A stretch of 54,626 nucleotides of DNA, filler included, from Catajapyx aquilonaris (lineage: Eukaryota), in the NCBI GenBank assembly GCA_000934665.2. It is 2 parts of 2 records of this genome, joined end to end, with 100 filler letters (N's around TTAATTAATTAA, not from the genome) between each part and the next. Parts side by side here need not be neighbours in the genome. Positions count along the whole stretch, not along the records: positions 27,167 to 54,626 come from JYFJ02005120.1; 1 more part is not named here. The stretch is one strand, 5' to 3'. Both the position numbers and the translations under genes were made by a program. Every line of letters begins with the position of its first letter. The stretch's first letter is position 1. A model generated the notes under the pieces. The model was not told where the DNA came from, made no database searches, and was given only the letters and a program-made list of their open reading frames with translations. Positions 48,501-54,626 of the stretch are shown one piece after another.

Positions 48501-51500
48501 GTTACCGGAACTCGTTAAAACGCGACAAAAAAACGCCAAAACTGCGCATTTACCCTGCAAACAAACGCAGTAATTCACAGAGTGTCGGCAGAATTCCGCG
48601 TTATTACAACAATTATGCAATGAATTTGCAATTATGTCAACAAGTGTATGTATCCTCAGTACACACAAAACCTCAGAAAGACCTATCCTCTCTCTCTACC
48701 CACCATCTTTATTTACGAGGCCACGAAACAGCTCCATAAAACCCGCGAAATGATCTGAATTTGATTTCCTGCTAAAGGCCGTTAACAGCTTGTGGCTTCC
48801 CCCTTGGGGGCCCAGAATTTATGCTTCCTTTTTTTTCGACCCCCCCCAAACCATCACCATCAAGGGGACCAGCTTCACGCTCAATTTCACGCTACCAAAG
48901 ATCAACATCTCAGGAAAAAAAAATCGCATCTGCAATGTGCCTTAGGACTCATTCTAAGCACTACATGAAAGACATCAACTATATCAGAGCACATTGCAGA
49001 TACGCCTTTTTCTTATCAATGCAGATACGGCCTTTTTTCTTCATAAATGTATATGCCCCTTTTTTGTTGATTTTGCAGATACGGTTTTTTAACTACGTTT
49101 CATCTCATCTAACACTACATTACACGTAATACATCAGGGCATGTTGCAAATGCGTCTTTTTCTTATCAATGCATATACGGCCTTTTTTTCTGATTAGTGC
49201 AGATACGGCTTTTTTGCGGCTTTTTACGCTGATTATGACAGAATTGGGTGTACCTTGCTGTAGTTCCCTGGTCCTGAGGTCAGAGGGCGAGAGAAACCTG
49301 AACCTCATTGTAGACAAACTTTTTTTTTTCTGAAGCTAGTTTATAACTTATTGAAGCTGCAGTTTCCGCATGGCCGACTCCTAGATCTATACGAGTTGCG
49401 CAAGCTGAAGGTCATCCTTGCAAAAAAATAAACACTACACTTCACAATGCGGAATAATATTCCTTTTTTTTTGGTTCACTAGTAACACTGTGTCCGACCA
49501 ACTCCAACCTGAGGCCAAGAGCCGACTGTCCCAAAAAGTGTTTTTCGCCCCCCCCACCGAAAGCCCCCGCCGCTTCACGCACCAAACGATCCGGGCCACA
49601 CCGATTGGTCGACTCAACCAGCACGCGCAGTTGCCAACTTTCCATTTTCTTCGCACTTTCTCACCTCAAAGCTGGATTCACGACGAAAGCAAAAATATAC
49701 GCCCCAATATGAAACAGCGCGCGAAAATTTTTTTTAAAAACAAGTTTCAATTAAGCGCGGAAAACTACCGGGATTTGAATTGTCGTATGCAGAAAATCCC
49801 CCACATAAATCCAGGGGATTTGGCGAAATAGTGGCTCAAAAAAAGAATGAGTAATGCCATGGGTTTCCGGCCTGCGGTCCACTGGGTCAACGATTCTTGC
49901 CAACCAATCCCGAATTGGTTGAAAAAAAAAGTGTGCAAAATCCCCAGCAACAATTACGCAAATCTGCTGACGTTTCATTACAGAGACAAAATACATGGGG
50001 CGGGGAAGAGGGGGGCGGGGGGCTATTGTTTCATTTTTCGGTCGAAATTTTTGACGCCCTGCTTCCCTAATAATGGAAGCGTATTATAGGTCCTGGTCAT
50101 CCACCCAACCACCCACTTTTTTCATTTTTTTTTTTAAATCCTTCCTGCGCAGGATCGATCAACTTTGCATGCATTGAGGCTATCGACCTATACACTCCGC
50201 CTAAACATCAAATTTTGTGCTCAATAAGTACGGTTTTTTTTATGCGCCTCCCACAGTATCCGGGTCAGCAGCCAGCTCAAACACCGGTTTTATCATATAT
50301 ACCTCTGGTATTTCAATACCAACAGATGGTGCATCGCAATGTACATTATGTGTACATAGTTAATTCACTCTAATGTTATTATTAATTTCGTATATACCTG
50401 TTTGGTGTATATTGGACAAACAAACGTTGCCTTTCATATGTGTAGATTATTGCACGCTATTACATTTCGCATATTTTATTTTGTATATTTTTCTCTATAT
50501 TTTTATATTCTAATTTGACACTCCTTGAAGAAAGTTTTGGCGCCTTTTGGTGCATGCTTTTTTGTGTAGAAACTGTTAAGACGTGGCAACGTGGTTCCAG
50601 CTGGAGATTTCTTAACACCGGTATAACAGACGACCCTGACGGAGTTTCACAAATAAAATAAAAAATACAAGACGGTATCTAGGTGGGGGGAGGGGACCGG
50701 GTACTATAGGGGGAGAAGAAGAAAGAAGAAAAAAAGTGGCGATCAAGGACTGTATATAGGGAGGGGCCCCCGACGGACGGTCTTGAACGTGGAAACAGGA
50801 GAAGGTGCAAACATTTCAAGCAGGTGTTGATATACGGACTAGCACCAGCAGATGGTTTCATAAAAACCATGGTTCAGCCAGCGCTGCAGCTGCCATATTC
50901 CCAAGAGCTCAAAAACCCAAATGAGGGAGCCCGGGATTCCAAAAAAACAAACACCCAACTCTCCTCATCGAAAAAAAAGGGGTGCAGCAGCATATATAGC
51001 ACGTACCAATTGACATTTCCGTTCGCAATATCCCGCAGACACAAACTGACTCCAGCCTCATTCCCGCCAGTGCTTCAAAAAATATCACTTCAACCTAATA
51101 TTTGCAGCTAATATCAATAACAAAATATAGCAGCTATTAACAACAATGTAGCCGCTAATATCACATCAGCAAAAATACTGTATTAATAACCTGATATGGC
51201 AGCTAATATTATCAACTGGATTATGTAGCCTAATATTAACAACTGTAGCTATGTAGCTAATCTTAATAACTTGATGTGACAGCTAATATCAAAACCTACT
51301 TAGCTAATAATAACGTAATGGAAAATAATTATCTAATTTTGCTAATATTCATAACCTCGCATGATAGGTAATGTTAACCTAATTGTAGCTTATATTAACC
51401 TGACATGGCAGCTAATATTATTAACCTGGCATGCCAGCTAATATTATTAAATTACTTTGTAGCTGATATAACACAATTTGTAGCTGATATTAATAACATA

Positions 51501-51982
51501 AATTGTAGCTGATATTAATAACATAAATTGTAGCTGATATTAATAATCTGGTATAGAGGATAATATTTTTGGTGGCTGCTGATTCATCTAACTTGAAATG
51601 TGTGCGGAACAGGAGCCGGGCCCCGACAGCGTCAGATCGGATGTGCAATTTGTGTCATGCAAGTCAAAGGCCATGGCAAAATGGGGCAATCATCGCGCCT
51701 AATTAGTAGGTAATAAATTCCTCGGTGTCAACCGCCGGGGGGTGGGTTCAGATTAATCAAAAAAGGCCTCTCTCACACACACACAGTCCTGGAATATTTT
51801 TTTTTAATGCAACGCGGTCTTTTCTTCCGTATGCGGCCGCAATCACTTTTCCTTGTGTCATGGGGGGGTGGTTGCCTGACTCTCTGGACAAGACCTATCC
51901 ACTCACCCGAATCCGAATCCAATGCTCTGGACGCGACCAAAGGCACGTAGAAGACAGACTGCCTCCGTCCACTGTCCCACAT
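36535..51982 (-). CDS. raskol: Ras GTPase-activating protein of the SynGAP/DAB2IP/RASAL2(nGAP) family (raskol-like): PH, C2, RasGAP and coiled-coil; 13 coding exons, about 1169 aa
   Basis: Phase-consistent GT-AG model: 51982-51907, 44037-43937, 42236-42139, 40287-39970, 39910-39726, 39663-39331, 39272-39014, 38957-38809, 38748-38582, 38522-38406, 38347-38178, 38122-36920, 36868-36535 (3510 nt including stop). Motifs: [38 protein letters not shown]2 [15 protein letters not shown]; arginine finger MFRGNS; RasGAP signature [32 protein letters not shown]-terminal [26 protein letters not shown] and SSSC. Exons from 44037 downstream are strong; the first exon is less certain, with an alternative ATG at 51994. 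Confidence 0.93.
43030..43160. repeat. Tandem ~23-bp repeat containing TGACGTCA and GCCATnTTG motifs
   Basis: tgacgtcatgtccgccattttgg / tgatgtcatggtagccatattgc / tgacgtcatggtagccatattgc / tgacgtca. A related stretch lies at about 40672-40715. Confidence 0.75.
44041..44078. repeat. Perfect 18-bp tandem duplication within the polypyrimidine tract of a RasGAP acceptor
   Basis: aaaagagatggtaaagaa occurs twice, directly adjacent to the TAG acceptor at 44040-44038. Confidence 0.85.
44386..44479. mobile_element. 94-bp near-perfect palindrome; probable TA-flanked MITE
   Basis: gtactatgggcgccaaaaaaattgaccggcgttgatgggtatatagc | gccatatacccatcaactccggtcaattcttttggcgcccatagtac: two 47-bp arms, no spacer, 3 mismatches. 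TA dinucleotides at 44387-44388 and 44477-44478. Confidence 0.8.
45532..45705 (+). mobile_element. Two tandem fragments resembling Helitron 5' ends
   Basis: Two copies of TC(T)nATATA..AAA..TGTCTGTATGTCCGGGCTA..CACTTCCGGACT.CTGAG..GCTGAAACTT, with cores at about 45556-45612 and 45641-45697. The layout resembles non-autonomous arthropod Helitron 5' ends. No matching CTRR 3' end was found. Confidence 0.55.
46698..46750. repeat. Poly-C/(CT)n microsatellite containing one ambiguous base
   Basis: A C-run followed by (ct)n, with an N at 46722. Confidence 0.9.
47889..48120. mobile_element. MITE with ~78-bp imperfect terminal inverted repeats, possibly Tc1/mariner-type
   Basis: 47889-47966 (ctcgtt...aaaatgtagaggcgtgaaatgtcgaaa...ccgttaacgacgtacatcgctgg) pairs with 48043-48120 (ccagcactgtatgtcgttaacgg...tttcgatatttcgcccctctacatttt...aacgag). 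Inner ggtggcgc and gcgccacc also pair. Flanks are TA on the left and TC on the right. Confidence 0.75.
48983..49220. repeat. Minisatellite of GCAGATACGGCCTTTTTT-type units with a higher-order duplication
   Basis: About seven gcagatacg(g)cc(T)n-like units in two blocks, each beginning atcag(a/g)gca and containing tttttcttatcaatgca. Confidence 0.75.
51095..51550. repeat. AT-rich degenerate minisatellite (GCAGCTAATATTA..TAAC-type units, about 25 bp)
   Basis: More than a dozen agctaatat/agctgatat units; ttgtagctgatattaataa is repeated three times at about 51478-51546. Confidence 0.8.
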
Positions 51983-54626
51983 CCTCACGCACATGTGCAC
52001 TGCATCACTCACACGCTGTCAAAATTGGGCCAAGTTCATCCCACACCTGCCTCCACACACTTGTCACAATCAGAAAGCTATACACTAGACGCGGTCCTAT
52101 TCTCACGAGCGCGTCTCGATCGCGTCTGGACACTCACTGGAAATACACCCGCCTCTCTTAGACACGTCTCGCAAAACATTTCGCAAGTAGGATGCGGAAG
52201 ACCACAACTTCCTTCAAAGGGGGTTGGGGCACGCATTTTTGCACCAATTGCGTGCACGTGTACCCTCCGATCTGTATACGCCCACATTGCGTTAACTTGG
52301 GTGCGTTGGGATGATTGTGACTGACACTATCGCCCATGTTAACTCTCCCCATCCTGCTAAAAACGCAGAGTAAAAAAAGAATTGGGGCTAATTAACTGGC
52401 AACCCCGCATCGGGCCAGCCAATCAGCGCATATTTCCAGTAGTTTCTAAAGAAAGGTTCGGACAACATTGGCGCAACCTGAGGTCAAGCGGCGCACGTTT
52501 CGAGCGTGACCAAGTGTCATCTGCCTCGTGCAAAGGTGGTAAAGGGGAAGGGAAGGGGAAAAAAAAACTAATAAATGAGAAGAGCAGGTGTTGCTCTCAC
52601 CTGTTGCTACAAAAATGTGTTCCAAGCTCGTGCTCTCGAATATAATCCCCCCCTCCCCTTTACGCCATTAAATAAAGTCTCCAAGTCCTCCTCCTCCTCA
52701 CTGAGACTTGCCCCACATCCCTTTCACTCGAAAGAAACCACAGTCATCTTGTTGCACCTGATGTACCGTACAACACGGATTTTAGTGGCGGTGACGTCAC
52801 TCTTTAAGTGCTCAATTTACAGCCGGATTTACGCTGAATCATCGTCAGATACTACACTCTTGTTATTACGTTATTTATGTGCACAATAATTCGGTACAGT
52901 GGACAAAGAAACTGCTACACTGCCAATAGCAGCTACTATGACTATAAATGCTGTGACAATTATAATAGCTGTCCTTTGTAGCAGTGACAATGGCCGCTAT
53001 TTAACTAATTCCTCCCCCCAGTGCCCTTTTTTGTTGCGTGATATTCACACCCTCTTGACTCGGACATTGTCCAGACCCAGCCATATGGGCTCTCTGGAGG
53101 TTTCTATGCGGTTTTGTGGAGCTGTGTTTTTCAACGCCCTGAGAGTATCGGCTATCCGACCCTCCAAGGATTCGCGAACTGATGGCCCCCCCCCCCTAAA
53201 ACTATCCTGAAAACATTTTCCTGGTGGTCCTGAGAGGGATGCTGTGATAAGCGCTTTACACGTACTGATCGATCGCCATTTTTTTTTTCCTCCCCAGCTA
53301 ATTCCACTCGGGTGTCACAAAAGCTGCTCATTGTCCAGGCCCCCACTAATGGAGCTAAACACCATCCAGTGCATGACTCTTCGCAATAACACCCCCTGTC
53401 ATATACACCCGGCCCCTTACACCCAGGGCTTATCAGTCATTCAAAAAAAAAGTAGCAATCAGACATATGTGCAGGACAGTTTTTTTTTTTTTTTTTTGGA
53501 AGGGCTGATTTGAATCGATGTCTGGATCAAGGTGAAGCCTTACATCCGCTGAAAACATGCCCTTGGAAGCATATCTTTTTCCTGCAACTACCGCGAGGCC
53601 CGGATCTAACTAAAATGCTGGCCATGAGATGTCTGCACGTGAGAAATACGAAGGAAAAAAAAATAATCGGTTGCCTCACTTACACTTTCCCCTCTCACTC
53701 ATCTCGACCAAATTTCTGACCTAATATTCGATACATCGTGAGTTACACATTGCAATAGCAACGTTGTAAGCCGACAGAAGAAAAAAGGACATCTATTGGA
53801 TCAAGGCTAATTGCATTTGTTATTCAAAATGTCAAGGCCGGATGTAAACACAATGAATGCGATGTAATGCGGAAGTGGGTCGAGTGTCCGTCGGTGCCAA
53901 AACAAATGTCGAGTGGCCATCGAGTGGTCAAACTACAATTCAGCCAAGTGGCAGATGTTATGTCACATATGGTAAATTTTTTAATTTCCAACTGACAAAG
54001 AACTCCGGGCCAAATAAGGAGCGAATTTAACGACTGGTGGATCTCTTCCCGACTTTAAATCAGGATTTACTTAGCCCTCCTTGCACGTGACTTGAAATTT
54101 TTACATACTAACACGTGACGTATAAAAAAAATTCCGGTTTGGACATTTTACACACACACAAAAACGTGGCCCGCACAAAAAAAAAAAATCCATTATCGTC
54201 TCACACACAACTCCCTTCGAGGAAATGTGTACGTGTCGCTTAAGACGATTGCGAGTCTCACAAAAGAGTAATTGCGACAATGAGGTCACTCGGATAATAA
54301 TGCCCGACTTCAACACGTGTGTGCACGTCCTAAAAATGTGCATGAATTACGCCAGTGAAAACGAGAGCAACGGCTTTTCTTATCCCCTGCAAATGGGCAT
54401 GAGACATTCCACGCATTCCAGTGTCGCAAATTCACATAAGCCGGATGCTATACTTTCGGGGTGTACTACGTGAAAAGGCAGGTGAGATGAACACTTTTTG
54501 AAGACACTGCTATACACTACCGAAGTTTAACCGACACCTTGCAGCCTCACTGGCAGGACTTGACTCCCCAACTAGTGGCTCCAACCAGGCCTCCAGGGAC
54601 AGACAAGCCTCCCACCCCGCCCACTA

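Noticed and set aside
48983..51550. Repeat arrays as CRISPR-like loci
   Set aside because: Eukaryotic intronic context, degenerate units without unique constant-length spacers, and no cas genes.
51725..52324. 199-aa plus-strand ORF
   Set aside because: Non-ATG start; antisense to the RasGAP first exon and UTR; low-complexity CA-rich composition.

Overview
Eukaryotic genomic DNA, arthropod-like judging by gene content and short GT-AG introns; the species cannot be identified from the sequence. The window has two parts joined by an artificial 100-bp linker (N44-TTAATTAATTAA-N44, 27067-27166). The left part holds a tRNA-Ala(UGC), about 21 kb of mostly non-coding DNA with transposon relics, and the first coding exon of a neuropeptide GPCR resembling the proctolin receptor, whose remaining exons I could not find. 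The right part holds three head-to-tail minus-strand genes: a 13-exon SynGAP/DAB2IP/nGAP-family RasGAP (raskol-like, about 1169 aa), a complete 19-exon ABCA transporter (about 1677 aa), and the 5' end of a tandem ABCA paralog cut off by the gap. Exon models were built by hand from splice sites and reading phase. I found no convincing new biological system. The best leads are the tandem ABCA duplication, whose conserved ~400-bp leader starts just after the upstream gene's candidate polyA signal, a 23-bp P-element-like insertion with a target-site duplication, several fold-back MITEs, and an in-frame uORF on the GPCR.
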